This document shows, piece after piece, positions 1 through 10,274 of a DNA stretch of 64,000 nucleotides; within the stretch, counting starts at the first letter, position 1; every line of letters begins with the position of its first letter. Below the pieces are notes generated by a model. It saw nothing but the letters and a program-made list of their open reading frames with translations, did not search any database and was not told the origin of the DNA. The stretch lies in assembly GCF_056712565.1 (NCBI RefSeq), contig NZ_CM160072.1; one strand, 5' to 3'. Both the position numbers and the translations under genes were made by a program.

Positions 1-91
1 ATTGACATCCTCACTGCCCTAAAGGATGGGGATTTCGGTAATGCTGCCAACTTACTGATTTAGTGTATGATGGTGATTTTAAGGTGCTTGC

Positions 92-367
92 GTGGCTTCC
101 ATTTCCATCAGATGTCCTTCCTGCTCCGCTACTGAAGGCGTGGTGCGTAACGGCAAAAGCACTGCCGGACATCAGCGCTATCTCTGCTCTCATTGCCGTA
201 AAACATGGCAACTACAGTTCACTTACACCGCCTCTCAGCCCGGTACGCACCAGAAAATCATTGATATGGCCATGAATGGCGTCGGATGTCGCGCCAGTGC
301 ACGCATTATGGGCGTTGGCCTCAACACGGTTTTACGTCACTTAAAAAACTCAGGCCGTAGTCGGTAA
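92..367 (+). CDS. insA: IS1 InsA (transposition repressor / N-terminal part of InsAB' transposase)
   Basis: 91-aa ORF with zinc-finger CPSCS...CSHC and helix-turn-helix typical of InsA. Confidence 0.9.
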   Translation: MASISIRCPSCSATEGVVRNGKSTAGHQRYLCSHCRKTWQLQFTYTASQPGTHQKIIDMAMNGVGCRASARIMGVGLNTVLRHLKNSGRSR

Positions 368-393
368 CCTCGCGCATACAACCGGGCAGTGAT

Positions 394-789
394 GTGATTG
401 TCTGCGCTGAAATGGACGAACAGTGGGGCTACGTCGGTGCTAAATCACGTCAGCGCTGGCTGTTTTACGCGTATGACAGGATACGGAGGACGGTTGTGGC
501 GCACGTCTTCGGTGAACGCACTCTGGCCACACTGGAGCGTCTTCTGAGCCTGCTGTCGGCCTTTGAGGTCGTGGTATAGATGACGGATGGCTGGCCGCTG
601 TATGAATCACGCCTGAAGGGAAAGCTGCACGTTATCAGCAAGCGTTACACTCAGCGCATTGAGCGACATAATCTGAATCTGAGACAACATCTGGCAAGGC
701 TGGGACGGAAGTTACTGTCGTTCTCAAAATCGGTGGAGTTGCATGACAAGGTCATCGGGCATTATCTGAACATAAAACACTATCAGTAA
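394..789 (+). pseudogene. insB: IS1 insB with in-frame TAG stop (577-579) splitting it into two ORFs (394-579, 580-789)
   Basis: ORFs ...SAFEVVV* and [36 protein letters not shown]... are contiguous in frame; recalled canonical InsB reads ...DVVIWMTDGW, so TGG to TAG is implied. Confidence 0.7.
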
Positions 790-876
790 GTTGGAGTCAT
801 TACCTCCTCCCGAACTCAAAGCTATCATACAGATAATTACTGGTTAACCCTATATAGGGCATTTTAAAGTGTTGTG

Positions 877-1250
877 ATCTTACCCAGCAATAGTGGACAC
901 GCGGCTAAGTGAGTAAACTCTCAGTCAGAGGTGACTCACAAGACAAAACAGTTTCAACCAGTAAAAAAACGTAAACACCATTCGCATGAATTTCGTAGTT
1001 AAGATCTGAAGCTTGCAGAATGCATCGGTGTTACTGCCGGAGTCCGTGAACTTAGTCTGCATTAATCACCACAGCTTTACATCTGTCGCAGTAAACAGCA
1101 AAATCAGCAAACTTACTTAATTATATCGAGTGCGATTACAATCGCTGGCGATGGTACAGTTGGTGTGGCGGTCTCAGTCCGGAACAATTTGAAAATCAGA
1201 ATCTCACTTAAAACGGCATCCATTTTACAAAAGATGGCCGTCTGTGTATT
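877..1250 (+). mobile_element. Degenerate IS3-family left-end remnant (terminal repeat TGATCTTACCCAGCAATAGTGGACACGCGGCTAAGTGAG plus decayed orfA 5' region)
   Basis: Terminal IR-like sequence at 877-915 followed by sequence resembling a decayed IS3 orfA start (no intact ATG or ORF); right limit approximate. Confidence 0.5.
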
Positions 1251-1549
1251 TATAATGAATACCTTCTACATGTTTAGAGTGCATAATCCACGACAAGGCG
1301 ATATCCTAAAAATTAGCTAGCAGGCAACTTTGATGGCATAGATAATGTTTTTAGTAAAAAAGAGTTGACTGAATATAATACAGCCTCTTCCTACATAAGA
1401 AGGAATGTGCTCACAAAAAAAACCATTAGTCTGCTTCCTGTTCTTACAATAATCAGTATTATGTATTTTATTTATATAGCAAAATATGCTTGTTACACCT
1501 GTCATAATTAGGCATGGTAAAATTATTGACTGAACCCTGGGGGAGAAAG

Positions 1550-1807
1550 ATGCACAGTGATTATTATAATATGGTTTTTGGTGAAAAATTGGCCAATATT
1601 TTATATGAAGCTAACTCTCAATTTTTTTACGAGAGAAATGTCATAGAAGAGGCAGTCAACGCTTTATTCTGTGAGCGTGAAATAATAAACAACAAGAACA
1701 TAATAAAGAAGCTGATGTTCTTTTTGTCAGATGTTAATCACACCAAGAAAGATGTTGTTCAGAGCGCACTTAATATTATCATTGACATTACATCAGGTGA
1801 TATTTGA
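1550..1807 (+). CDS. Small helical regulator of the YmgB/AriR-like family (hypothetical)
   Basis: ORF 1514-1807 with a GGGGGAG RBS-like sequence before the internal ATG at 1550; C-terminal NNKNII...SDV...K.DVV...L.IIIDITSGD resembles AriR/YmgB-type proteins; AT-rich, horizontally acquired context. Confidence 0.4.
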   Translation: MHSDYYNMVFGEKLANILYEANSQFFYERNVIEEAVNALFCEREIINNKNIIKKLMFFLSDVNHTKKDVVQSALNIIIDITSGDI

Positions 1808-2065
1808 GATTTTACATAAAAGATAATCTCTCAAGGAGTCTTATCTGAAAACGAAATATATAGTCCCTCTCGTTTTGTAATATCGATTGGCTTTGTTGAA
1901 TCGGTTACGTACCCCGGAGCCGGTCATATTTTCAGGTAATACACACGCTTTCAGACATTTCGGCTTTCGTCATTTTGGTATCATGGGCATAGCTTCTGCT
2001 ACCTGACCATCATAATCACGCAGCTTCAGTGAAGCAGTGACCACCTGTTTAACCCGGTGTATCGT

Positions 2066-2285
2066 TATGATCTTATCCAGCAATAATGGACACGCGGCTA
2101 AGTGAACCGCCCCGGGTTTCCTGGAGAGTGTTTTATCTGTGAACTCAGGCTGCCAGATCATCGTTTCCGATGGAAGCATAATAAGCTTTTTCTGCTTCTG
2201 CCGGTGGGATATGGCCCTGCCTTTCCAGCAATCGTCGATTGTTATACCAGTCCACCCACGTGAGTGTGGTCAGCTCATCATACTG
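2066..2285 (-). mobile_element. IS3-family right-end remnant (3' end of transposase orfB plus terminal inverted repeat)
   Basis: Minus-strand translation gives ...CQYDELTTLTWVDWYNNRRLLERQGHIPPAEAEKAYYASIGNDDLAA* followed by terminal repeat (2066-2104); upstream frame closed by stops. Confidence 0.55.
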
Positions 2286-2542
2286 ACACGTGCATTACCC
2301 CTACCGCGATAATGCAACCGTACAATATAGGGCGTTTCCTAAACGCAGCCCTCATCACTCCAATCCAACAAGACACAGCATTTTTGATCACGAAGAAAGA
2401 CAAATAATTTCCGTAAATGTTTCCGTTGTTACAAATAACAACAGTGTTTTACATTTCTTTGGCCTCAGGCCCGCGCATGTTGCCATTCGATGTCATTTTC
2501 CTGACTCGTTTCTTCTTTATGGTGTAGTGTGATCTTCACTTT

Positions 2543-3916
2543 ATGGATGCTAACAATATGAAAAGAAAAATTATTCCCGTGCTAATCGGTTGTACGCTCT
2601 CTTTCTCTGCCCTGGCGGCACAACCTACGGCTGAGCGCTATGTCGTCAGTTTTCCAGAAGGCACGCACGTGAACTACGCCGGCGCATTTGCCAGTGCATT
2701 CCCGAACGGCCTTCCGGTTGGGATAGGTTCTGGCCTGCTGTTCACCGGTAAACAGGGCGATGCCCTGACATTCGCAACCATTACCGATCGCGGTCCGAAC
2801 GCGGATTCACCGAAAGAGGGGAAAAACGAAACTAAAATTTTCGTTACGCCAGATTTCGCGCCGCTGCTGATGACGATTCGTGTACAAAACGGCAAAGCGG
2901 AGGCCATCGATCCCCGTCCTCTGCATGACGATAAAGGCGCGATCAACGGTCTGCCGCTGGCAAGCGACGTGATTGGCTCCACCAATGAAGTGGCCTTCAG
3001 CGACACGTTACATAGACTGAAGGGGGATAATCGCGGGCTGGATACGGAAGGGATCACTCCGGATGGTAAAGGAGGTTACTGGCTGTGCGATGAGTATGGC
3101 CCGTTCCTGATTAACATCGACAGTAAAGGGAAAATCCTGGCAATCCACGGTCCGCAGGCGGCGGAAGGGGAAAAAGCGATTGCGGGCGGTTTGCCAAATA
3201 TCCTCAAATGGCGTCAGGCGAACCGCGGCTTTGAAGGCCTCACCCGTATGCCGGACGGGCGTATTATTGTCGCCGTGCAAAGTACGCTGGATATCGACGC
3301 TAAGAGCAAGAAAAAGGCGCTGTTTACGCGTCTGGTGAGCTTCGATCCGGCAAGCGGAAAAACCGCGATGTACGGTTATCCTATCGACAGCGCGGCCTAC
3401 AGCAAAAACAGCGACGCTAAAATCGGAGACATCGTGGCGCTCGATAACCAGCACATCCTGCTGATCGAACAGGGAAGAGATAAAAACAACAGAATGCGTA
3501 ACCTGATTTACGAGGTCGATCTCAATAAGGCGAGCGACCTGTCAGGCTTCGACAAGCCGGGTGAGTATCCGGAGTTTGATGATGAGAAAACCCTGTCACA
3601 GCGCGGCATTACCCTTGCGCAGAAAACGCAGGTTGTTGATCTGCGCTCCTTGGGCTGGCAGCAGGAGAAGGCTGAAGGGTTGGCGCTGATCGACAGCAAA
3701 ACGCTGGCGGTGGCGAACGATAACGACTTTGGCGTGAAGGTGGCGATGCAACATCCGGTCGAGGGCAAGACATTCAAGGATTATCGGGTGAACGCGGAAG
3801 GAAAGCTGACGCTTGACGACAAGCAGGTTGAAACGACCCTCAGAGTGAAGCCACTGGAGAAACCGGAGTCTGACAGTGAACTGTGGATTGTGACGCTGCC
3901 GGAAGCGTTGAAATAA
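2543..3916 (+). CDS. Exported phytase-like / esterase-like beta-propeller family protein (signal peptide; alternative start at 2558)
   Basis: 457-aa ORF; N-terminal MKRKIIPVLIGCTLSFSALAA signal peptide; motifs DRGPN, GFEGLTRMPDG, NDNDFG reminiscent of phytase-like esterase domain proteins. Confidence 0.6.
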   Translation: MDANNMKRKIIPVLIGCTLSFSALAAQPTAERYVVSFPEGTHVNYAGAFASAFPNGLPVGIGSGLLFTGKQGDALTFATITDRGPNADSPKEGKNETKIFVTPDFAPLLMTIRVQNGKAEAIDPRPLHDDKGAINGLPLASDVIGSTNEVAFSDTLHRLKGDNRGLDTEGITPDGKGGYWLCDEYGPFLINIDSKGKILAIHGPQAAEGEKAIAGGLPNILKWRQANRGFEGLTRMPDGRIIVAVQSTLDIDAKSKKKALFTRLVSFDPASGKTAMYGYPIDSAAYSKNSDAKIGDIVALDNQHILLIEQGRDKNNRMRNLIYEVDLNKASDLSGFDKPGEYPEFDDEKTLSQRGITLAQKTQVVDLRSLGWQQEKAEGLALIDSKTLAVANDNDFGVKVAMQHPVEGKTFKDYRVNAEGKLTLDDKQVETTLRVKPLEKPESDSELWIVTLPEALK

Positions 3917-4119
3917 GTTTATAAGGTACGGACAGCAGTATCGCTTAGTTTTTCAAATTCATGTATGTGAACAATATTGGGGTTCCGGCGTAGACCCCCA
4001 ATGAAAGCGTCACCACGTGAAAACATGCCTGCACGGTTTACACGTCATCTCATGGTGGCAGCCGGTTAACTTTCCTGCTACACCAGTGGAAAAAGGCCAT
4101 AAGCAGTCCGAACAAAAGT

Positions 4120-5215
4120 AAGCGTACAGCGAGGGCCGTATTGACGGGGATGTGTTATTCAGCTGGCAGTGCTATGCGCCACGGAAGCAGTTCGCTGACC
4201 CGGTTGACCGGCCAGTCTGCTATGACGCCAGGCACATGGCGAAGGTAGCTTTCTGGATCCACGTCATTCAGTTTGCACGTCCCGATCAGGCTGTACAGTA
4301 GCGCTCCCCGCTCACCACCATGGCCAGAGCCGAAGAACAGGGTCTTCATCTTTTCACGCAACCAGCTTTCCAGGGATTTCAACAGCGGTTTCGTTTTTCG
4401 CTGACGTTCAGCAAGCCGCTGCTCTGCCGGCATTCCCCTTATATCCGCCTCTATGGCGTACAACTGACCGATCTGCTCTAGGGCTTCTTCCGTCAGTGCT
4501 GACGGGATGCGGACGTGCACATCGTGGATCTTTCGGCGGGCATGAGCCCAGCAGGCAGCTTCCGTTATCCCACCATTGCGATACAGCTCGTTGAACCCGG
4601 CGTACGCATCCGCTTGCAGCACACCGCTGAAGCAAGCAAGATGAGTCTGCGGATGGATGCCTTTTCTGTCCGGGCTGTAAGCGAACCACACTGCAGGTGC
4701 CAACGCTGACCCGGCATTGCGGTCATCACGAACATACGCCCACAACCGCCCGGTCTTCGTCTTCTTATTACCCGGCAGCAGTACCTGGACCGGGGTATCA
4801 TCGGCATGGAGTTTGCCGTCAGTCATGACATAGCCATGAAGCGCCTCTTCCAGCGGAGACAGCAGCCGGCAGCATGCATCCACCCAGCCCGACAGCAGTG
4901 AACGGCTCAGCTCCACACCTTGCCGGCCGTATATTTCTGACTGGCAATACAGCGGGGTGTGCTCTGCATACTTCGAGGTCAGCACGCGGGCCAGCAGCCC
5001 CGGTCCGGCGATACCCCGCTCGATGGGCCGCGAAGGTGCAGGTGCCTGCACGATGGCATCGCACTGAGTACAGGCATGTTTTTCCCGTACCGTCCGGATA
5101 ACCCGGAAGGCGCTACGCATCAACTCCAGCTGTTCGGCGGTATCAGTCTCCTCCTCGCCAGGAACGGGCTGACTCACTGTAACCACCTCCGAAAACAACT
5201 CTGCAATTATCAGAA
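4120..5215 (-). mobile_element. Truncated IS66-family element (right end with terminal GTAAGCG... repeat; 5' part missing)
   Basis: Contains C-terminal two-thirds of an IS66 TnpC-like transposase and an IS66-like terminal sequence near 4120-4150; no tnpA/tnpB upstream. Confidence 0.6.
4155..5198 (-). pseudogene. IS66-family transposase TnpC, N-terminally truncated (347 aa of ~520)
   Basis: ORF retains CxxC zinc-finger and DDE core region typical of IS66 TnpC but lacks the N-terminal leucine-zipper region and tnpA/tnpB partners. Confidence 0.7.
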
Positions 5216-5462
5216 CGCTAGTTTTCCCCTTGTCTCACGAAAGTCCTCCCTCCTTTATCGCGCGTGCGTGCGGAAGCATCTTTTCGCAACAACCCCCCGG
5301 GATTCCGCTACGGCTCTGCCATCGCAATCCCCCCGTTTATCTCCGGACAGCCACATTCCCGATTATTTTTTACGTTTCTCCCCGGTTGTTATGCCAGTGA
5401 AGGTGGCGCGCTGTTTTCATGACCACACCGGCTGGTTTAACAACATCCGGAGGAACATTCTC

Positions 5463-5669
5463 ATGGCTACCCCTGTTTCGCTGATGGATGACCAGATGGT
5501 CGACATGGCGTTTATCACTCAACTTACCGGCTTAACCGATAAGTGGTTTTACAAACTCATCAAAGATGGGGGCTTTCCTGCCCCCATCAAAATGGGGCGC
5601 AGCTCCCGCTGGCTGAAAAGTGAAGTGGAAGCCTGGCTGCAGGCGCGTATTGCACAGTCCCGTCCGTAA
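5463..5669 (+). CDS. alpA: AlpA-family prophage/island transcriptional regulator
   Basis: 68-aa product MATPVSLMDDQMVDMAFITQLTGLTDKWFYKLIKDGGFPAPIKMGRSSRWLKSEVEAWL...; the long upstream ORF extension (4959-) is a frame artefact. Confidence 0.85.
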   Translation: MATPVSLMDDQMVDMAFITQLTGLTDKWFYKLIKDGGFPAPIKMGRSSRWLKSEVEAWLQARIAQSRP

Positions 5670-5748
5670 TTTCTGACCGTTATCCGTTCACCCGCAGCAG
5701 ACGTAATCTCCGGCCTGCCGGCGGCATTCTGCTGCCTGTTATATCCCC

Positions 5749-6366
5749 GTGAGGAATATGAAAATGAAACAACAGTATCAGACCCGCTACGAATGGCTCC
5801 ACGAAAGCTACCAGAAATGGCTGACCGGCTTCACCCGGCACGCCGTATTCTGGGGCGTGTGTCATCCGAATATCTACTACTTCCATAATCTGACGCCCGG
5901 TTGGGTGTCATTCAATGGTGAAAAACCGGAGATTGCCATCGTACCCCAGAGCCTGCACCGGCTGATTTATGGCCCTGACAAACGGGCCACACCGCCCCTG
6001 GATGATGATCTGATAGTGAATTTATGCACCAGTGAACATCTGCTGGTTCATCATCCGATGCTGGAAGGCATTCTCCTGTCTGAATGTGAACGTCTGAGGC
6101 AGCGTTCTCTGGCAAATAAACTGATCAGCCTCTTCCGTCAGTTTGGTGGCACGGAGTTGCGCCTCAAACTGGTCTGGCTTTGCTGGCTTGATTTAATGAC
6201 CGGAAACTGCCTTGACGACTGGACGGAGAATCTGAAACGGAAATCAGAAAAAGAGCTGGAGGAATGGATCATCAACCGTCAGAAGCAGAGCGCAGCACTG
6301 ACGGATCTGATGGATCAGTACGTGCTCCTGTCATACCGCACAACGGTTGACGATAAGCGCACCTGA
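5749..6366 (+). CDS. Inovirus Gp2-like island protein (hypothetical)
   Basis: 205-aa ORF immediately after alpA, the position this family occupies in CP4-57/CP4-44-type islands. Confidence 0.6.
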   Translation: MRNMKMKQQYQTRYEWLHESYQKWLTGFTRHAVFWGVCHPNIYYFHNLTPGWVSFNGEKPEIAIVPQSLHRLIYGPDKRATPPLDDDLIVNLCTSEHLLVHHPMLEGILLSECERLRQRSLANKLISLFRQFGGTELRLKLVWLCWLDLMTGNCLDDWTENLKRKSEKELEEWIINRQKQSAALTDLMDQYVLLSYRTTVDDKRT

Positions 6367-6687
6367 TGCCAGTTGTTTCAGGGAAGCTGGTATCCGGGCA
6401 GGGTGCCAGGGCTGACTGAACGGCCTGTCTGCCTGCCGTTTCGCTCTCCGTGCGTTCTGTCACACGCTGCACCTGAACGCCGGACTGCGGGCACGCAGAC
6501 AGGAAAGTCGCAGGCTGGAACTTCTGACCGGCGGGTATCAGTTATATGCCTGTTGATTCATCACCACCACGCAGCTCCTGAGCTTTAGTTCATCACCGAT
6601 ATTCATACATCTGAATATCGGTGATGAAATCCCCATAATAATCAATCATCTAAGTCTGAAGCATAATGGAGAAAAACTGCTCACCGG

Positions 6688-8241
6688 TTACTTCGCTCTC
6701 AGCTTATTGTAGTGATAACCCGAGGTAAAAATACCAGAGACATCAGACAACTTTAAACTGGCTATCTGGGGAAGCAGAACATACATGGTTTTTCCTTCCG
6801 GCACGACAGAAAGCCTGAACTGAGATTCAAGAATGTTCAGCAATGCGTTCAGTTTTTTCCTGTTTCTGAACCGGCCCGGGCCACACTGGAGAATATAATT
6901 TTTCCTGACACGGGGCGGGCATTCTCCGCGGCACTCCTCAATGAGCCAGTCGAACAGCTCCTCGGCGTCCTTCTGCTGCAGTTCAGATTCATCAGGTAAC
7001 GCAAATAATTTTTTATATTCATCTGTGTACCACGAACTTATTACGACAGCAGACGTCATGATATCGGCAGAGATTTTCCCTTCACCATAGCTGAAATACT
7101 GAAATAACGCTGCAATTCTTGCAATGTTTTCTGTTTTTTTTGAAACATGTCCCCGAAACGGGCTTAAGGGTCCGGAAGGGGATAAATCCTGCTCCAGAAC
7201 ATTATAGTGCTCAATAAATATTTTTTGCGCTTCAGGCGAAAAATGCAGACAATACCGTTCATCCTCACTGGATTTTTCAATACTGCCTCTGGCCAGTTCC
7301 ATTAATCGTTCATGAAATGCCGTTAATGATCCTCCCGGAATCACAGCTCCGTTAATAAAGCGTTTCCCCTGCGTGGTTGCAGGTTTACTGATAAGACAAC
7401 GGGCAAGAAAACCACTGTCCCTGGCAACAGAACCTTTTCGCTCCATATATCGGTCAAAAAGACCGGGTTGCACCATGAGGGATAACGTCATTCTGGCATT
7501 TTCAATCATCTGTTCGGGTTCATTCTTTCTGTCCACAGACAATACAGAGCCATCCCACATTTTGTTAATAAAAGGCAACTCAGACAGGGTATATCCATCA
7601 AATATAATACCGGCTTCATCTGACATAATACCAACTGAACGCCATTTACCACAAAGCTGATTCTTAATTGCCGCAGTCGTGGCATCATTAAAAATGAATT
7701 TATACCTCACAGGTTCTTCCGCACTGTTTTTCTGAAGTACTTCCAGTTGTCTGAGGGTTTCTGACTCATCCGCGCCTTTGCGGAGTTCTTTATTCAGTTT
7801 TGACAACAATGCTTTTTTCTGAGCCTTTAAAAGCTCTTCCTTGTTTTTCCAGACAGCCAGTTCACTTTTGTATCTGGAATATAACTGCATCTCCTGCTGG
7901 TACAGGGGCTTCATTAATAATTTGTCCACTGCGGTTTTTCGTTCTCCGGACTCGGCAAGCGTCAGGAAAAAAAGAGAGACCGGCCCCCGCAGTGTATTCA
8001 GTCTGCAGACATCAATCAGATTCTGGCAGACAAGTGAAACAGCGCCCAGGGCAGACGCTGCCACAAGCCCAAGGGGAGCCTGCGTAATTTGCTGAGCTTC
8101 AATAACGGCATCACGAATGAGTGGAGGCAGCGAACTCAGGGGAAACTCATCACAAGGCTGACCGAATGACATAGTAACCTCACTATACACAGATATAAAA
8201 GCACTGCAATTCTGGCTATTAATAGCAAAAATAGCAGTCAA
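6688..8241 (-). CDS. YfjI-like island protein (DUF3987 family); true start may be internal (about 8172)
   Basis: 517-aa ORF; size and context match yfjI-type genes of CP4-57-like elements; contains an A8/T8 homopolymer at 7134-7141. Confidence 0.6.
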   Translation of the reverse strand: MTAIFAINSQNCSAFISVYSEVTMSFGQPCDEFPLSSLPPLIRDAVIEAQQITQAPLGLVAASALGAVSLVCQNLIDVCRLNTLRGPVSLFFLTLAESGERKTAVDKLLMKPLYQQEMQLYSRYKSELAVWKNKEELLKAQKKALLSKLNKELRKGADESETLRQLEVLQKNSAEEPVRYKFIFNDATTAAIKNQLCGKWRSVGIMSDEAGIIFDGYTLSELPFINKMWDGSVLSVDRKNEPEQMIENARMTLSLMVQPGLFDRYMERKGSVARDSGFLARCLISKPATTQGKRFINGAVIPGGSLTAFHERLMELARGSIEKSSEDERYCLHFSPEAQKIFIEHYNVLEQDLSPSGPLSPFRGHVSKKTENIARIAALFQYFSYGEGKISADIMTSAVVISSWYTDEYKKLFALPDESELQQKDAEELFDWLIEECRGECPPRVRKNYILQCGPGRFRNRKKLNALLNILESQFRLSVVPEGKTMYVLLPQIASLKLSDVSGIFTSGYHYNKLRAK

Positions 8242-9401
8242 ATCAATATGAGGTAAAATTTTTTGTTGATTTAATGGTTAAATAATAACCACAGTGTATT
8301 TTGCTGCTGAAGAAAGACAAAATGAATCTGTGTGTCCCCTCCTTCCCTTCGGAGCACATCCACTATTCAAATTTTACACAACCACGTACGAACAAAAAGC
8401 ATCATCCCGGGTATTGCAGATACCGGTTTCCTGCCGGGAAGAATCATAAACAGAACACCGGGAATAACGCCTTCAGGAATCACCCCCCCTCCTGAAGAAG
8501 AATAAAATAAAGAAGACTACAGTTCCTGCACTGAATGCTGAGTACAATATTTTATGGACAGGATGACATTTTTATAAATAACAAAAACCATTTAATACTG
8601 ATACATCAATAAAATACTTCTTCCCTGCTGACACAGATAAAATGCACCATTTTTTCTTCAAATACTTCTGTATAATCGCCAGCCAATGATGAGAATGGAT
8701 TAAAATAACACTTCTTCGACAAACACAAAAACAGCCTTCATTTTACATCATCATCCAGTTTCAGTTAACCCCGGACGAGCGACAGTGTTTCAGTACAGGA
8801 ATTAAAAGCCAGCTTTTGCTCAGTAAAACACACTCAACTAATAATATCTCAGCAGATATTATCCTGACCAGGACACCTCACATTACTGAATTCTCTTCCG
8901 ACAGTATCACTGCACAAATAAAAAGAACGGGATAAATATTCAGACCGGAAGAATGGTGTCACAAAAGCATTTAATCATTACGCATGACCAGGAAGGGAAA
9001 CACTTAACCACATGGTATCAACAGATATCATTACGTGTGCACTCTTATAAAAAACACACAGAAGAAGTAAGATAATTATAAACGTAAATTTAATATCTCC
9101 CACTGACATCTCCCCCACAATACACTAAAAAATACTCACAGCAGTAAACACAGATACACCTGATAATCATACAGCCGATAAATATTTTCCCCTTTACGGA
9201 GAAATCAGCCTGCTGTTTAACAATAACGGCGTATTTTCATGGAAGGAGATCACCCAGTAACGGATAAGTCCTGATCTCCTTCATGTTAATACGCAACAAT
9301 CCCATCGATTCAAAACAATTTCAGACAGATATTATCTCCGTGAATCCCCCGCCACCTTTCCGGTGCGCGGGGTTTTGTCTTTTTTCACCGGGAATACATG
9401 T

Positions 9402-10274
9402 ATGAATCCGTCTGATGCCATTGAGGCAATTGAAAAACCGCTCTCCTCCCTGCCTTACTCACTTTCCCGTCACATCCTGGAACATCTGCGCAAACTCACC
9501 AGTCACGAACCCGTGATTGGCATTATGGGTAAAAGCGGGGCCGGTAAATCCTCACTCTGTAATGCACTGTTTCAGGGGGAGGTCACCCCGGTCAGTGATG
9601 TTCACGCCGGCACCCGGGAAGTACGGCGCTTCCGTCTGAGTGGCCACGGTCACAGCATGGTTATCACTGACCTGCCCGGGGTGGGCGAGAGCCGGGACAG
9701 GGATGCAGAGTATGAAGCCCTGTACCGTGACATTCTGCCCGAACTGGACCTGGTGCTGTGGCTGATTAAAGCCGATGACCGCGCCCTGTCTGTGGATGAG
9801 TATTTCTGGCGACACATCCTGCACCGGGGACATCAGCAGGTGCTGTTTGTGGTGACGCAGGCCGACAAAACGGAGCCCTGCCATGAATGGGATATGGCCG
9901 GCATTCAGCCTTCTCCCGCACAGGCACAGAACATTCGGGAGAAAACGGAGGCGGTATTCCGTCTGTTCCGGCCCGTACATCCGGTTGTTGCCGTATCGGC
10001 CCGCACCGGCTGGGAACTGGATACGCTGGTCAGTGCGCTAATGACAGCACTTCCCGACCATGCCGCCAGTCCCCTGATGACCCGCCTGCAGGACGAGCTG
10101 CGCACGGAATCTGTCCGCGCTCAGGCCCGTGAACAGTTTACCGGTGCGGTGGACCGGATATTTGACACGGCGGAGAGCGTCTGTGTTGCCTCTGTTGCCC
10201 GTACGGTTCTGCGTGCCGTCCGTGACACGGTGGTCTCTGTTGCCCGCGCTGTATGGAACTGGATTTTCTTCTGA
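9402..10274 (+). CDS. yeeP: YeeP/YfjP/YkfA-family GTPase (50S ribosome-binding GTPase domain)
   Basis: P-loop GIMGKSGAGKSS, DLPGVGE switch region; canonical partner upstream of flu in CP4-44-type islands; appears intact here. Confidence 0.8.
   Translation: MNPSDAIEAIEKPLSSLPYSLSRHILEHLRKLTSHEPVIGIMGKSGAGKSSLCNALFQGEVTPVSDVHAGTREVRRFRLSGHGHSMVITDLPGVGESRDRDAEYEALYRDILPELDLVLWLIKADDRALSVDEYFWRHILHRGHQQVLFVVTQADKTEPCHEWDMAGIQPSPAQAQNIREKTEAVFRLFRPVHPVVAVSARTGWELDTLVSALMTALPDHAASPLMTRLQDELRTESVRAQAREQFTGAVDRIFDTAESVCVASVARTVLRAVRDTVVSVARAVWNWIFF

Larger units (their letters stand above)
37..804 (+). mobile_element. IS1-family insertion sequence (iso-IS1, 768 bp) with terminal inverted repeats (GGTAATGCTGCCAACTTACTGAT ... 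GGTAATGACTCCAACTTACTGAT on the opposite strand)
   Basis: Recognisable IS1 ends at 37-59 and 782-804; internal insA and insB reading frames; length 768 bp typical of IS1. Confidence 0.9.

Noticed and set aside
1317-1505. 62-aa minus-strand ORF in AT-rich DNA
   Set aside because: Low-complexity AT-rich sequence without a start context; more likely promoter DNA for the adjacent small regulator gene
4959-5462. N-terminal 168 codons of the 236-aa ORF ending at 5669
   Set aside because: Only the C-terminal 68 aa match AlpA; the extension runs through antisense IS66 transposase sequence and is a frame artefact
8301-8495. 64-aa ORF in the long non-coding region upstream of the GTPase gene
   Set aside because: His/Pro/Asn-rich low-complexity translation with no RBS; treated as non-coding
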